Positions 10,960-25,592 of a DNA stretch of 64,000 bases are shown in pieces. The first letter of the stretch is position 1. Every line of letters starts with the position of its first letter. Source of the stretch: Perna viridis (lineage: Eukaryota). The notes beneath the pieces are model-generated. The model did no database searches. It had not been told where the DNA came from and worked only from the letters and a program-made list of their open reading frames with translations. The stretch spans positions 8,990,001-9,054,000 of the forward strand of contig CM074515.1 in assembly GCA_037379345.1 (NCBI GenBank). Reading direction: 5' to 3'. A program made the translations under genes and the position numbers.

Positions 10960-13884
10960 ACTTACTTGACTTGACCTAATCCACTTCGTCCACCAGGGGA
11001 TATAGGGCAACTGCAGTGTCTTTCCACCTTCTTCTGTTCATGGCTGTTGTTTTTTTTTGCCTCTTTCCAGGTCTTGTTTATCTTCTGTAATTCTGCTGTA
11101 AGTCCCATACGCCAAGTGTTCTTGGGTCTTCCTCTCCTCTGATGTCCTCGAGGGTTCCAATCAAATGCCTGCTTGGTTACGTTTTTGTCACTTTTTCGTA
11201 GAGTGTGACCTATCCATTTCCATTTTCTACTTCTTCTGGTTTTCTATAGATTGTTGGTTTGTCCTGTTTCACAGGTCTTTATTGGATATTTTCTCTGGCT
11301 ACCGAATGACATGATGTTTCTGAGACAACGATTAACAAAGGTTTGGATTGTGCTGATTGATGCTACCGTCTCCCTCCAAGTTTCTTTAGTAGGACCGACT
11401 TAACATTGGAGTTGAAGATCTTAATGTTTGTGCTAGTTCTCAATGCTCGACTTCTCCAAACAGGCCAGAGCATTTTGAAGGCTTGCTGTGCTTTACATTT
11501 TCTGGCAGCATTGTCCTCATCTGTTCCACCTGTAGTACTTACTCACCTACACTGCCAAAGTGTGAGAAGTTGTTTACATCCTCAATGTTTTACTATTGAC
11601 TGTGAACTTTTAAGGCTGGTTAGCATTTATTCTCATTAATTTGTGTGGATTAATATAGAGACCTGTCCTTTTAGCTCTACTTTCTATGTTGTTAACTTGC
11701 TGTTGTGAATCTTTGAATATATGTGCTAATGCACAAATGTCACAAATGTCACCTACGAATTCAAGATCTTCTATGAAAGAGGATAAACTCCAGTGCATGC
11801 CCCATGGGTAGTTATTTCTGTTTTACCAACCAAGTCCAGTACTATGATGAAAAGGAGGGGAGAGAGAAGGCAGCCTTCTCTTACTCCAGTTGTTACTGGG
11901 AATGAGTCAGTCACTGTTCCTCCATGAATAACTTGGCAGGTAAAATCCTCATAAAGCAGTTTTATGATGTTGATAATCTTGTCGGGAATTCCATAATTTT
12001 TCAGGATGTTCCATAGCACTTGATGGTCTATGCTATCAAAGGCTTTTTGGAAGTCGACAAAGTTTAAATATAAAGATGTTTGCCATTCAATACTTTGTTC
12101 GATGATTATGCGTAACGTTGTTATTTGGTCAACATAAGATCTTTTCTGTCTGAAGCCTGCCTGTTCTTCTCTTAGCTGTTTATCTAATTCGGTTTTCATT
12201 CTGTGAAGAAGAATATTTCATAGTAGTTTGATTGGGATCTATGCCTCTCCAGTTGTTACATTGAGACTTGTCCCCTTTCTTTGGAATCTTCACAAATAAT
12301 CCTTTACGCCAGTCATCTAGTATCTGTTCTTTGTTCCAAATTTTATTCAGTAATTTGTTTAGGTAAGTCACTGACAAATCATCGAGTGCTTTTATAGCTT
12401 ATGATGGAATATTATGTATGTATTCAGAACCTCGGTCTTTATGATGTTGATGGTTCTGATATTCAGTGGTGGACCAGCTTCTAGCTCTGGTGGATCTACA
12501 GGTGGAGGACGATTGAACTTGGTTGAAATGTTCCTTCCATTTGTCTAGCTGATCTTCAAGTTTTGTTAGATTTTTCCCCGGAATGTCTCTTACTGGTTAT
12601 TAGTGGTTGATGTTTTTCCACTCAATTGCTTGGTGATGTTATAGAGGGTTTTAATATCCTGTTTACCACATGCTGACTCAGCTTCCTGGGCTATCTGTTT
12701 TACATAATATAATTTCTTTTTTCCTGTTTACAGCTGGTCTTCACATCCTTATCCTCAGCTCTATATTGGTCTTCAGCTTGTTTCTTTTTCTGTCTTCTTG
12801 TTGCACTAACTATTCTTTCTTTTAATTTTCGCCTCTCTTCAACTTTTCGCCAAGTATCTTCAGACATTTTTTACGTTTTGTTGAAGATAGCCCACAGTTT
12901 TCTCATATGATTAGAATTGAGTCTCTTGTAATTTCCCAGGCAGAATAAATGTTGGTGTCGTCATACTGTAGGTTTTCCAGGACACTAAACTTGTTTTGAG
13001 AGTTATGCGGTATTTTGCAGAAACTTTTGGGTTTTTGAAAAGTTAAATTTCCTTCTGGTATTTCCATTTGATTTTGTAGATAGAAGTTTTGGTTTTATCT
13101 TGGCAATTAGTAGATGATATCAGATGATAAATCAGCATCTCGTTTGTTTCGAACATCTTGAAGTGAAGATCTCCACCTTTGTTGTGTATGTCTGTTTTCC
13201 ATGTCTGGTCTTTGTCCCTGGATTACATTCATTTGATTACCGCTATAACCTTGGTTCCCTTGATCACTCTATGAAAAATAGCAATATTTGGTTTTCTGTA
13301 TTTCCATCAGGTAGAACCCCGGTAACTTTGTGACATGATTTGTGTGGAAAAAGGGTCCCTCCTATGACTAAACTATTTACTGCAAAAAATCTGAAAAAAA
13401 GTTCTCCTTTCCACCCTATCACCAATATCATTTGGCCCCATTTCTCTCTCTCTCTCTTCCATTTGGTATGTAAGTCGCCCATTATCATAAGGATGTTACG
13501 TTTTGGAATTGCATTCACTGTGGGTTGTAGTGACCTGTAAAATCCTTCTTTTCTTCTTCACTTGCATTGTTTGTTGGTGAGTAGACTTGAATTAATGTAG
13601 TTTTCTTAAATTTCGTGTCAAACCTCGCAGTGAGTGATGATTTTGGTTGACACAGGTTCCATTCAAGCAGAGATCGTTTTTCTTTTTTTTTGTAAGAAGT
13701 CCAATACCTTTATCATAAATGTCATTGTCATTTGGATTGCCAGAGTAGATGATAGTATGTCCTGAAGAAAGTGTTGTCATGCCGGATGTATTCCATCTTA
13801 CTTCACTGAGTCCAAGAATTTCAAGATTGTAACGGTCCATTTCTTTTGCAACCTGTAACCTTTCCCACTTTTCACCATAATGAT
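10960..13884 (-). mobile_element. Decayed RTE-clade non-LTR retrotransposon (APE + RT)
   Basis: APE motifs LEILGLSEVRW, YSPTN, MGDL, SDH. RT motifs LREEQAGFR, FVDFQKAFDSI, GVREGCLLSPLLF. Short (TCAAG/TAAG)n 3' tail near 10960-10977. Confidence 0.9.
13158..13270 (+). mobile_element. Penelope-like 3' fragment inserted in the RTE
   Basis: Matches the last ~110 nt of the family 3' UTR. Confidence 0.8.
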
Positions 13885-16800
13885 TCATATTAGGCATTGG
13901 AAAACTCTCCGTCCATTTTGAAAAGTAATCCGAGACTATCTGAATATATCGATTAACTATCCTCGGTTTCTGGTAACTCGCCCACATTATCGGTCCTAAT
14001 ACGCTCAATTGGGTAACTACTATGCACAATACCATCTTTGCTTTGGTAGGATTTTCCCGTGAGTGGCACCCTGCAATGTATCTCCGAACATACGCGTGAA
14101 GACCAGGTCAGTAATATGTCTGCCTTACCCTTCAATGTTTTTCGGACTCCTAAATGTGCCACTGTTATACTGTCATGACACTTAAAGAGTAAACTCCGTC
14201 TTTCAGAAAACGGCACAATAGCCTGAAGGCGTTTTTTGTGGTTGTTTGAAGTTTCGAACCTTCTGTACAACACTCCGTCTCTTATTTCAAGAACATCTCT
14301 CTGTGACCACAAATTCCTGATCACTACATTCTTTCCAGATATATCACGAAAAGAAAGTGTGTTCTTTTCTTAGAGTGCATCTAGAATGAACCTGATGTTT
14401 TTATCTCGGTTTTGTAACTCTTTCAACGAAATTTGCTCACTTGAAAGCAAATCACTTGGGAAATTGCCACCTTTCAATGTACATACAGCTGATAGTTTAT
14501 CTCGTTCTTCTTTCCAATTAACTATGTATCCACATTGTTTACATGGAATACAACTTAAAGTATCCGCATTACGGTTTTTTTCTTACCAGCACGATGAACA
14601 ATGTCCATGTCAAACTCACTTAACATCGAGCCATCTGTCCTTCAGGATTCTTGAACTGCATAAGCTATCTTAATGAGCTGTGATCAGTGTGCAAAATAAA
14701 CGTCCGACTGTAAAGATAATGCTTGATCTGACGAACGTAGTTTACCACTGATAACAGATCTTTCCTCGTGACATAGCTTTATTGAGAGTTCGGCTAGCAT
14801 AGCTAATAACAGCTTCGTTCCCTTCACTGTCTGTCTGAGATAACACTGCACCGATAGCCTCCTAACTTGCATCAGTCTCCAAAATTAATTGTTTAGAGAA
14901 GTCTGGTTGATCAAGCGCACTAATAAGGCTTTTCTGCAGAAACTCAAGTCATTTCTGACGTTCCGAATTCCACACAAATTGTGGCAAAGGCAGTTTTGTA
15001 ACGATCACTTGGATCCATCTCCACCTACCAATAACCACTATTAATGTCTCACGTGGAAAACCAGGCATTACTGGAAAGCTGTTCCAACGAATCATGTATT
15101 CATTGAAGTGAGTAAGCGTCTTTGATAGTCACTTTATTTAGACTTCGATAGTCCACACAGAATCTATAACTTCCATCCTTCTTCCGCACTTACAATACGC
15201 CAGACGACCCACGCAATTTTGAATGGCTCGATTATGTCCTTAGCCAACATTTCATAAATGTTCTTGTCAGGTTTTTGCCTCATATGAACAGGCGTTTTCC
15301 TAGGCGGTTCCTTAAATGCTGGAGCATCTCAGTATTATTCTTATGTTCCACAATGTTTGTCCTGCCCAGATCTCTATCAGATTCTGCGAATGAATTCTTA
15401 TATTTAACAAGTAATTCACGTAACTTTTCTTTTTGTACTAAAACATTTGTTACTCCTGTAGTGGTATTAATTCAATGTGTATCCTGAAAAATTCGAAAGA
15501 TCTTTTGGAGACAATCAGTTCAAGACTACTATCAGAATATAATAGCATTGAAACCTATGATTTTTCAACACTGTATACTTCTATTCCCCATACTCAGTTA
15601 AAATCCCGACTTAAAAAACATTATACATCGTTGTTTTTAAAAAAAAAAAGATGGTACACCTAGATAAAAATATATACTTGGTAGAGATTCCTCATACTTT
15701 GTAAGAAATAATTCCAAATCATCTTTTAAATATACAGAAGATGTTTACAAAATGCTGGAATTTTTAATCGACAACATATTTGTCCAGTGTGGTGGACGCG
15801 TTTTTCAACAAACGGTCGGCATTCCAAAGGGAACACATTGTGCTCCTCTACTTGCTGACCTATTTCTTCACTCTTATGAGGCCAACTTTATAGCTGATCT
15901 GATCCGAAAGAAAGAATATTGTTTGGCTAGATCCTTTAATCTCAGTTTCCGCTATATAGATGACGTATTATCTTTAAACAATCCTAATTTTGGGGATTTA
16001 ATACATCGTACCTACCCCCAAAGAACTTGAGATAAAGGATACTACAGGCACTGTGAGCTTGCCGAGTCTACGCAGACTTTTTTTATTGCGCTAGAATTCT
16101 AACAAATAGGCTTCTGGAGCAGGGTTATGTTGCTACAAGATTGAAGTCATCACTACAAAAGTTTTATGGTCGTCATCATGAACTCGTGGATCGTTATGGT
16201 GTATCCATCTGCACCATGAAAACTGCTTTGTTCAACGGGTCATAGTTTTCCTTTCCTCTTTTGTCTACCCCGGGCTTGACTTTTTATGAGCAGATCAGCG
16301 GGTGTTTCTAGAAAAGCAGAGGACGCTTACCCTACCAGTGCACCTGGTTCGAGTTGCTCATCTGCTCTTGTACTTTGTGTGTATGATTTTATTTACATTA
16401 TGTTTTTTGTTGTGTACGTCTGTTTTCCATGTCTGGTCTTCGACCCTGGATTACATTCTTTTGATTACCGCTATAACCTTGGTTCCCTTGATTACTCTTT
16501 AGTTAAGCCTGCACTTGACCTTTCCAAGAAACTCTGTACGTCTGGTATTAGCGTTTGTTTTGTATTATAAGAACATACACAACTTTCAACACTTGCAATC
16601 GCAGACATCTCACCTACACTAGTTCATTTATGAGGTACACACGCTTCAGGCTTCACATTCATAATACGCACAGGCACAGTTTCATTCACTTCAATTAAGG
16701 TTCTAGCTGTTAATGGTCATTCTGATCCAAGTTTTCTTTCAATAGGTTCAATAATACCATCGAAACACATTAATGACTTTCCTTCAGGAACGCAGACATT

Positions 16801-16930
16801 TCCCTGCACAACAGTCTCACTCATCGGAGGAATACTTACCGTCTCCGAACTAGAACTCTATAGCATCCTAGAGGTCCCTGGAAATGCACATTATACTCTC
16901 TGCCATTAATCACTAGATTGTGGGCAACAA
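13885..16930 (-). mobile_element. Decayed Gypsy retrotransposon B (pol remnants), interrupted by a Penelope-like insertion and abutting an RTE LINE
   Basis: Integrase zinc finger and core (CHDSITVAHLGVRKT, VSDYFSKWTESFPMPN), RNase H (ETDAS, IGAVLSQ), RT remnants at 15060-15440 and a pre-RT region at 16500-16930. Heavily frameshifted. Confidence 0.8.
15443..16500 (+). mobile_element. Penelope-like element copy, 5'-truncated with internal deletions, inserted in Gypsy B
   Basis: Near-identical to 23157-24297 apart from deletions; RYIDDVL; same 3' terminus. Confidence 0.85.
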
Positions 16931-17771
16931 TATCAACATACTGTGAAATAATAGGTCCCCAACTTAATTTTGAGATGAAAAAAGTTCTTGAAAATTTGTA
17001 TAAAAATGGTTAACTGACATTATTTCATATTCCAAAAAGAAAATTGGTGGTCACCGAACTCTTCCTTTTGTTAAATTAAAAAAAACTTAATTTCCCATTA
17101 CATTTCTATAGAATTATCTCACCCTTGAACGAGTGTTTATAAAATTATTCCTTGCTATTTTACCATATATATGTTTATGCCAAAAAATCTTTTTTGATTT
17201 ACTTAAAGAAATATTTTTCGCATCATTTCGTACACTGTTTGCTTATTGAAAATACACACTTCGGTTGGGACAGTTTGCATATATTTAATCCACGAAAATG
17301 TGGAGTACAACGAGAAGATATTTGCGTCAAAGGCAAGTTCAGATCCACAATTGGTTTTTAGGCCTTCCAAGCTATCAGTTGTTAATTCTAAGCCACTTTT
17401 TTTCTTAAATCAAAATAAATACAACAAAATCTCGGAAGCCTTCCCCTGGATCTGCTATTGTTGTGCGCACATCATAATTTTTTAAAATTCGTATGCATAA
17501 TATAAAAAATAATCAACCATCAACACTAGAGACTTTGAAATTTGCAGCAGCGACCGGCGTATAACAAGATAAAGGCTCCAACATTTTTTTTTGAGAAGAG
17601 TTGAATTTTTTAATTTTCATAGAGGTAAGGGAGGAGAACATTTATTTTATTTTTTGCAAAAATGAAAATTAACAACGATAGCAAAAAACCCTATGCATCG
17701 TGAATATTCATTTAAATGTACATTAAAATTATTTTATTTATCAATCATGGGTCCTTGTCATGCAAGATACA

Positions 17772-17958
17772 CAGGCGCGTAGCTGAGGCCAAATTGAAGT
17801 GTAGGCAAAATTACGGCAGGGGGTCTGGGGCCGAAGCTCCACGGAGATAGCGTTTTAGAGCATCATTTATGCCTCTCCTGGATGTATTTTATCTAAAAAA
17901 AAAAGGCAAAATTAAGTTCAGGCAAAAGCTCTTTTGCCTAACGGCAGCTACGCGCCTG
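17772..17958 (+). mobile_element. MITE, same family as 1171-1416, internally shorter
   Basis: TIRs CAGGCGCGTAGCTG / CAGCTACGCGCCTG and a shared body. Confidence 0.8.
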
Positions 17959-20900
17959 GACATCATAATACAATAATTAGTATTAAAAAGAATGCAAGCA
18001 ATATAGGATATTATTACAGTATGAAGTGTAATAAGGTCGAATTCATAAGTACATTTGTAGATAGAAAAAAAATATATAAAAATTATTTATTAACAGGAAA
18101 TAATAGCGCAAGAAATATAGTTCTTCATTAGTAGTAGTTCTCCTCTTGATCTGTACACCACAGCAAGAAACTTACATCACCACAAGTCAGAGGTCATCAT
18201 ATTATTAACTTCGCCAAAACTTAAGACGCATCCAGAATATCCTTTACGTTGAGAATGCTGATCCTGCGTTGTGTTTTGCTGCACCAACGACATGGGAGAC
18301 CTCATGTTCGCTATAACTGCACTAATTTTTGTACTTTAAGGGTGACATCGTGAAATTACAAATTGATAAATAGTGAATGTGTTATTTTGGAGGAAGTTGC
18401 CACTCGAAGTTCAAACGAACCATTTAATAAAAAGACCGATTTCCTTTCCGACTTCAAATATACGTCAGCTGACAAATTTAAGATGATGACATTGCTCTTT
18501 GTACTTATAAGTAAGTACAAACTGTATCATTTTTAACATGACGAATGTTTATATAAACAAGGAAATTTTTTTCTTTGTAGATGTCAATGTACTGAAGATG
18601 CATGTTGTAAGATATTTGAACCGAACTCACCTTTTCTCGTATCTTACACATTTAAGGGATGAACATCTGATTCTCGGAGGGCAGGGGTGGTGGTGTTTCA
18701 TATTCTGTTGGGTCAGAGTATTTATTTCCGAAAGGAGTAAGAAAAAACATTCGCAACAATATTTATTTAATTTCAGTTTACCTAAGCTACTTTGAGTTTT
18801 CTGTGTAAATTTGATCAGTTTTCTTGGTTTAAACTATTCAAAGAAGATGCCTTCTAGACTTTAACTCAGCCCTTTTCAATTGTATGGGTTAAGCATAGTT
18901 TTCAATCAAATAAATGGGATGCTAGATTCTGCGCAGAATATTGGCAAAAATGTGACAAAAATTGCCTAGAAACCATAATCTCTGGATCCACCCCTTAGCA
19001 TTATGAAATTTGATGAATTTTAACTTTGCACGGTTTGGCGTTCCGGGACACAGCTGTTGTCAGTTTTTAAAACTGCATGGAATAAGACAACGTGAATATT
19101 CTTACGATTTTTTAAATATAGAAGTTGTTTACTTACGGACAATAAAAGTTAATCGGATAGGTTCGGTAAAGTGTTAATATTTTTATGAGAAAAAAATCTA
19201 TCACGAAGGAAATCTCCAATGCAAGACTCGTTTAAAACACGCGGTAGATATCTTAATTGTTGCATTTTACACTAAATTAACATAGTCCATTATACAGAGT
19301 ATCTATTGGAGGACGGAGATTAATTGCTCCAACCACAGGGGGTTTCACCAACCCTTAGGGGCTTGCTCCCACCACAGGGACTTGCTCCCACTATAAAATT
19401 TGCAACCCGACAGACTAGTATTCTAGGCTGTAAATGTGAGTGGTGCTTGATGGTACTCGGAAATATCACATCTGTATTTACACAAGATTAACTGTTGTCT
19501 GTATCTCCTTTGTTAAATGAATCATCAATGCTACTATCACACTGTGTTACCGACTTGTAACATTTTTTTTTAAAAACCGGACGGATACGATATATCGCCG
19601 TCCGCAAGTTAACACGGCATGTCGGGTAAGAGGCATTTTTTTTTATCAATTTATTCATACGTTTTGAATGAATCAAACACTGTATGTGGGGCTGATAAAG
19701 AACTGTATGTATAACACAAAAACAAACAAAAAATATAATGTTCATAGCTTTTTGTATGACACAACAAAAAAGCGAACAAAAACATACCATTCATAGCTTT
19801 CAAGAAATGATTTTTTGCGCGCGGAAAATACGTTTGTTTACTTTGTCATGTATAAAAAAAATAATTTCTATAAAATAGTGCCGCAGATTAACAATTTAAT
19901 GCATACACTGTCGATACATTTGACGCAAATTGCTAAATGTTGAGGGATATTAATGAAACTAGCCTTGATTTTAGGGTACCTGTCGATTCACATGATACAT
20001 CCATACCTGTCGATTGATACAATCGATCAAAAGCAGGAATGATGCGTTCAAAAGCGGGACGTTTCTTTGAATGTTTGAAAGTTAGTGGGACAATAAAGTT
20101 ACCGACGAATCAGGATTTTCGTCGAAGGCGATTTGTTTCCTTTTGATTCAGAAATTGAAATTACACCTTATACACGGCAATTGCGTTATCCACACATTTA
20201 ATGCTGTTTTATAGGGAACGACTTTTACCTTCAAATGCCGCATTGTTCAACGTATTTTCCGATTACCAAACACCTCATCCATTTTGAAGGCATATGTAGT
20301 ATATATTTAGCACCTGTATTACCTGGTCCATCCAGGTGAATAAGATACTATTATAAAGGTGATTAGAGAGAATCAGTAGATATAATTGTGCTTTAATTGA
20401 TTCCAAATCAAATTACAAAAGGATTCTAAACACGTGTAAAAGTAAACAAACGTATATTTTTGTGAAGAAATTTGTTTTCGAAGCCATAAATGATTCATAT
20501 TTTATTTGTCATTTTTGTGTCATACATATAGTGCTTTGTATCAGCTACACATACAATGTTTGGTTCATAAAAAATATGATTAAAACATACATGCTTCTTA
20601 CCTGACAAGCGGTGCCACCTCACGGACAGCGATATATCGTATTCGTCGGGTTTTGAAAACAAGTCGGTAATACGGTGTGTCTATTGACTGCCCCCTGAGG
20701 GCACATGCTTGGTTCAATACAGGTATATTAAAATGTATTGTAAACTCGTGACTCAGTTTTTTTTTATGTCGTTTTGCAATACAAAACGTAACTCCTACAA
20801 CGCTAGAAGTTGTCCAGCAAGCTATTTTCTTATTAAATATCTCTGACACGGTTCCATCGTTACGTAACATGGCATGTTAGGGGTGGCGGAAATAGAATAG

Positions 20901-22497
20901 AGTATAATCTTAACTCAAGTGAGATGTTCAGCATCATTTCTTAACTTTGACCTGTACAAAGACAAACTTATTTCAAACCCTGCCTGTAGATGTGGTTTTG
21001 AAAATGAAGATGTAAAACATTTTTTTCTCTGAATGTAGAAAATATAATGATTATAGAACAGAACTTTTTGACAATCTGCATTGGCCACTTATTGAGATGA
21101 CCATAGATATACACATGCTTACCTGTGGTAATTCTGAACTTTCATATGATCAAAATGTAAAAAATATTTAAATCGGAATTAAAATATATAAGGAAATCCA
21201 AACGGTTTCTTATTGTGTAATCATAAGTCTCAAAAACACACCTTCAACATTTGACCCTTTTGTATATATTTCTAATCTTTTTGTTATTTGACAAATAAAA
21301 TATGTTTAAACTAAACAAGAATAGAAGGCCGAATGAAGCGCGGAAAGAATATTTTTGGGTATAAATTTTGTGGAAAATTCAAATTTAATACACATAAAAA
21401 TTTCCCAATTTTAGAAGGAGTACACCCGACACGTTTCTCTTTGATCCGCGCTTGACCTTGGGATATGGAGGAACGGATTTCAAACCTCTTATGTTGTAGA
21501 ATTAAGTTTAGTAGTCTTAATGTGTTAAAGGAGATGTGAGTCGGAAGTGTTTAAGCTTTCCGAAAATTACGGAAACGGAACTAACTTTTTTACACAGAGT
21601 TCACTATTTGACTCATAGTCCGTATTGTTCTTCACCTGATGTTGTTGCTGAAAAATCTGGGTAGTTCTAAAATAGTAGAAAGTGGTGTTAATCTTTCGAC
21701 ATAGGAAATGAACGCTTGTCATTTGATTTGACGTGTCATCGTGACCCTGAAACACATGATATAGCATGATGTAAAACACAATTGAGCGAAAGTTCGAGTG
21801 AGTTCAAAATACAATTATAACCTACGTAAAACAGTCACGATAACGATCTATATTTGAATTTTCAAGTATATTGAAAAATCCCAATAAATGTGACGAGTCT
21901 ATTCTCGATAGACTACATGTAACCATTGAATCAATTAAGCATAAATCTTATAGTATTAACTAAATTTTAGTCAATTTTTATTGTTTCACTCAGCTTCATT
22001 TATATAACTTCAATCAACAGTCAAGCTCATCAACCAAACACATTATAATGTTGAGTTCGTCGTCTTAATTATTGTACTATCACCTTTTCTTCAATTTCTA
22101 TGTTTTTTTTTATTTCGGTGGAAAGGAATATCACAACAAGCTGCATAAAATAAAAAAAAAATCAGCACTTTTGGCTTATGACATTTCTCGGTCATTCAGA
22201 TTAAATAAGGGTAAAAAGACACAAAGCGATGTGGTTGGTAACAAAAACCCCACCCATTTCACTCACGAATTAAATTAGCGTGGACAGTACTCGCAACTCC
22301 GCACATATTCCAAGTCTTGCTTTTATCGAGAAAGATAATCTGGGAAGATTGTTGCACATGAGATTGGAAAGAGTCACTCATATGATTGCCTGGAATGTAT
22401 GGTGTATATATATACCAGGGGGTTTAGGATTATTTTGAAAAAAAAATAATAATTCGCGTTTAACTATTTTCTGACTCAGTATAAAATCCCAAGCAGC

Positions 22498-22650
22498 CAC
22501 CGCGTATAAAGGTAAAACCATCGTGTATACAGGTAAATCCACCGAATATAATGGTGAAACTACCGCATATAAAGGCAAAACCATTACATATAAAGATAGT
22601 ACAACTACTTATAAATACGAAAGTACCGATTATAAAGAAAATAGCACCAA
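22498..22650. repeat. Degenerate 21-bp tandem repeat
   Basis: CACCGCGTATAAAGGTAAAAC-like units, ~7 copies. Confidence 0.75.
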
Positions 22651-22745
22651 GTATCATATATATATAATTGACCAGATAAGACAGTTATGGCGTTCCATAT
22701 TACCGTGTTTTTCGAATGTTTCTAAGATCAGTATTTAAATGCTAT

Positions 22746-24297
22746 CAGTATGTCATAGGCAGATGATATTAGTATCGATGTAGCAAAAACATTGTCTACT
22801 ATACATGACAAATATGTTGTCGCACCAGCAGACAAAACCCATAACAATATTGTTTTTGTCTGCAAAACGTTTTACATCCAATGTTTATTTTCAGAGGTAC
22901 ATGCAGAAAATAATAGCGGTGATAAGACCTATACTGCTACCACACTCTCCAAAGAAGAGATGGTGGAAAACCATAAATCTATGCTATCCTCTTTTGGTCT
23001 CTCTACCATGGACGATGTGCTGGATTCCTAAACTCCACAAGAATCCATACAAACAACGTTTCATTGCTGGATCTGCCAAATGTACCACCAAACCTCTTTC
23101 AAAACTTTTAACTTCTACACCCACAACTGTCAAAGAGGGTCTGCAGTCCTACCACAACACTTGTTACTCCCGTAGGGGTATTAATTCAATGTGGATCCTG
23201 AAAAATTCGAAAGATCTTTTGGAGACAATCAGTTCAAGACTATTCTCTGAATATAATAGCATTGAAACCTATGATTTTTCAACACTGTATACTTCTATTC
23301 CCCATACTCAGTTAAAATCCCGACTTAAAAACATTATACACCGTTGTTTTTTTTCCAAAAAAGATGGTACACCTAGATACAAATATATAGTTCTTGGTAG
23401 AGATTCCTCATACTTTGTAAGAAATAATTCCAAATTATCTTTTAAATATACAGAAGATGTTTACAAAATGCTGGAATTTTTAATCGACAACATATTTGTG
23501 CAGTGTAGTGGACGCGTTTTTCAACAAACGGTCGGCATTCCAATAGGAACAAATTGTGCTCCTTCACTTGCTGACCTATTCCTTCACTCTTATGAGGCTG
23601 ACTTTATAGCTGATCTGATCCGAAAGAAAGAATATTGTTTGGCTAGATCCTTTAATCTCAGTTTCCGCTATATAGATGACGTATTATCTTTAAACAATCC
23701 TAATTTCGGAGATTTAATACATCGCATCTACCCACCAAAAAATTGAGATAAAGGATACTACAGACAGTGTGAAGTAAGCCTCATATCTTGACCTACACTT
23801 AGAAATCGATGGTAAAGGAAAACTATTTACTAAACTTTACGAAAAACGTGATGACTTTTTATTCAGAATTGTCAACTTTCTTTTCATCTGTGGCAACATC
23901 CCTTCAGCACCTGCGTATGGAGTGTTCATATCACAACTGATACGTTATGCAAGATTTTTCCGAAGCTACGCAGACTTTTTGTATCGCACTAGAACTCTAA
24001 CAAATAGGCTTCTGGAACAGGGATATGTTGTTACAAGATTAGTCATCACTACAGAAGTTTTATGGTCGTCATCATGAACTCGTGGATCGTTATGGTGTAT
24101 CCATCTGCACCATGAAAACTGCTTTGTTCAACGGGTCATAGTTTTCCTTTCCTCTTTTGTCTACCCCGGACTATATATGTATGAGTTAAGTTACTTTATG
24201 TTCTTTGTTGTGTATGTCTGTTTTCCATGTCTGGACTTTGTCCCTGGATTACATTCTTTTGATTACCGCTATAACCTTGGTTTCCTTGATTACTCTT
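22746..24297 (+). mobile_element. 5'-truncated Penelope-like element (Naiad-type RT, no C-terminal GIY-YIG)
   Basis: PKLHK..RFIAGS, TYDFSTLYTSIPH, GIPIGTNCAP, RYIDDVL, YLDL, PAYGVFISQLIRYA. The ORF ends ...KFYGRHHELVDRY...FNGS* with no downstream endonuclease. Frameshifted. Shares the 3' end GGTT(T/C)CCTTGATTACTC with the other copies. Confidence 0.8.
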
Positions 24298-25449
24298 GAT
24301 CTGCTATTTTTTTTTAAAATAATGAATGATTTGCGAGTTTCGTAACAAAACGTTTTGTGCTTTGAATCCTATTCTTTACAGAAACCAGCTATATTAATTT
24401 TTAAGGAATGTTTTACTGCAGCACACATACTAGTACCCCATTTTGTGCAATTAGCTTTTGGTAATGTTTATCCTATGCTAGTTTACCTGAACAATTCAAC
24501 GGTCTGTAATGTAACATGTCCCAACTTCGTGATTCCTGTACAAGTGGATCTACCCGAGAGTCGCGGAGATTTGATGATTCACATACATAAAACGTGTCCG
24601 ATCGGGCTGAAAAATAATTGTCATATACTTTTTTTTTTACATAAGTTGGGAAACAACTTAATGAACCACTTGAATTCTTTTTCTGAAAATACACAATGGT
24701 TTGAAGTGTTATTTATTACAATATTTTTTCTACATTTTATCTGTCAAATGTTAATTGGTAAATTCATGTCCATTGACAACCTTCTGTTTATTTAGAAACA
24801 GCATGGTAAACCTTCTGTTTATTTAGACCATGGAAGATATTATACTTCTATTTTTAGACACAGCAATTTCAATGTGTTGGTCATAATATAAAAGTATCAG
24901 AATAAAATTGAAAAAGGTTGACTTACACCCTTTATTTCGCGTTCATCGTTTTATACTCGTTTGGTAATATTTTGTCAAGACATAGTCGTTGCAATGCGTT
25001 TATCGTTTTATGTCCTGTCTTCCCTGAGACAATCATTCTGTCAATATCATTGGGACAATTATAGAAGACCAATTTACAAAATCATTGTTGTAGTAAAAGT
25101 TGTCTTTAAAACATTAAGTAAGTTTACCGTTGGTACCCACAACTTTTAAAGAAGCTGGTATGGAATGCGTGTCGATGTGTTATTAAGCGTTTTTAAAAGT
25201 TAAGAATTACCTTAATATACTAGTAGTACGATCAACGATTTAAAAGTAAGTTTTACCCGGAGCTTGTAAGTACAGCGGATAAAAATCTGATTCCGGGATA
25301 GGTGCAAATAACATCCTAAACCACCAATAAATATATAGAATAAATACGTCTTTTAAAAGGTCACAGTTAAGCATTTTTAAATTCAATACACACCCAGGCT
25401 TAGCTCACGATATAAACGTGCGTCCTTCATTCGCACATCTTTTTTTCAC

Positions 25450-25592
25450 GTCTCAATTTTGTTTCTTTGTACATATTATTTTGATTATTTCGTGTTCTTT
25501 ATTGTGTGTGTCTGTTTTCCTTGTCCGGTCTTTATTCTTGGATTATTTTCTTTTGTTTTCTGCTCGAAACTTGGTTTCCTTGATTACTCTTT
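25450..25592 (+). mobile_element. Diverged Penelope-like 3' fragment
   Basis: Degenerate match ending CTTGGTTTCCTTGATTACTCTTT. Confidence 0.65.

Noticed and set aside
16284-16365. SECIS element in the Penelope-like 3' UTR
   Set aside because: AUGA pairs Watson-Crick with UCAU rather than forming the non-canonical GA quartet, the spacing to the A-run does not fit, and no Sec-type in-frame TGA was seen in the retained RT.
18140-18516. Possible upstream non-coding exon of the GPCR (GTAAGT at 18511)
   Set aside because: Only a donor motif, with no supporting evidence.
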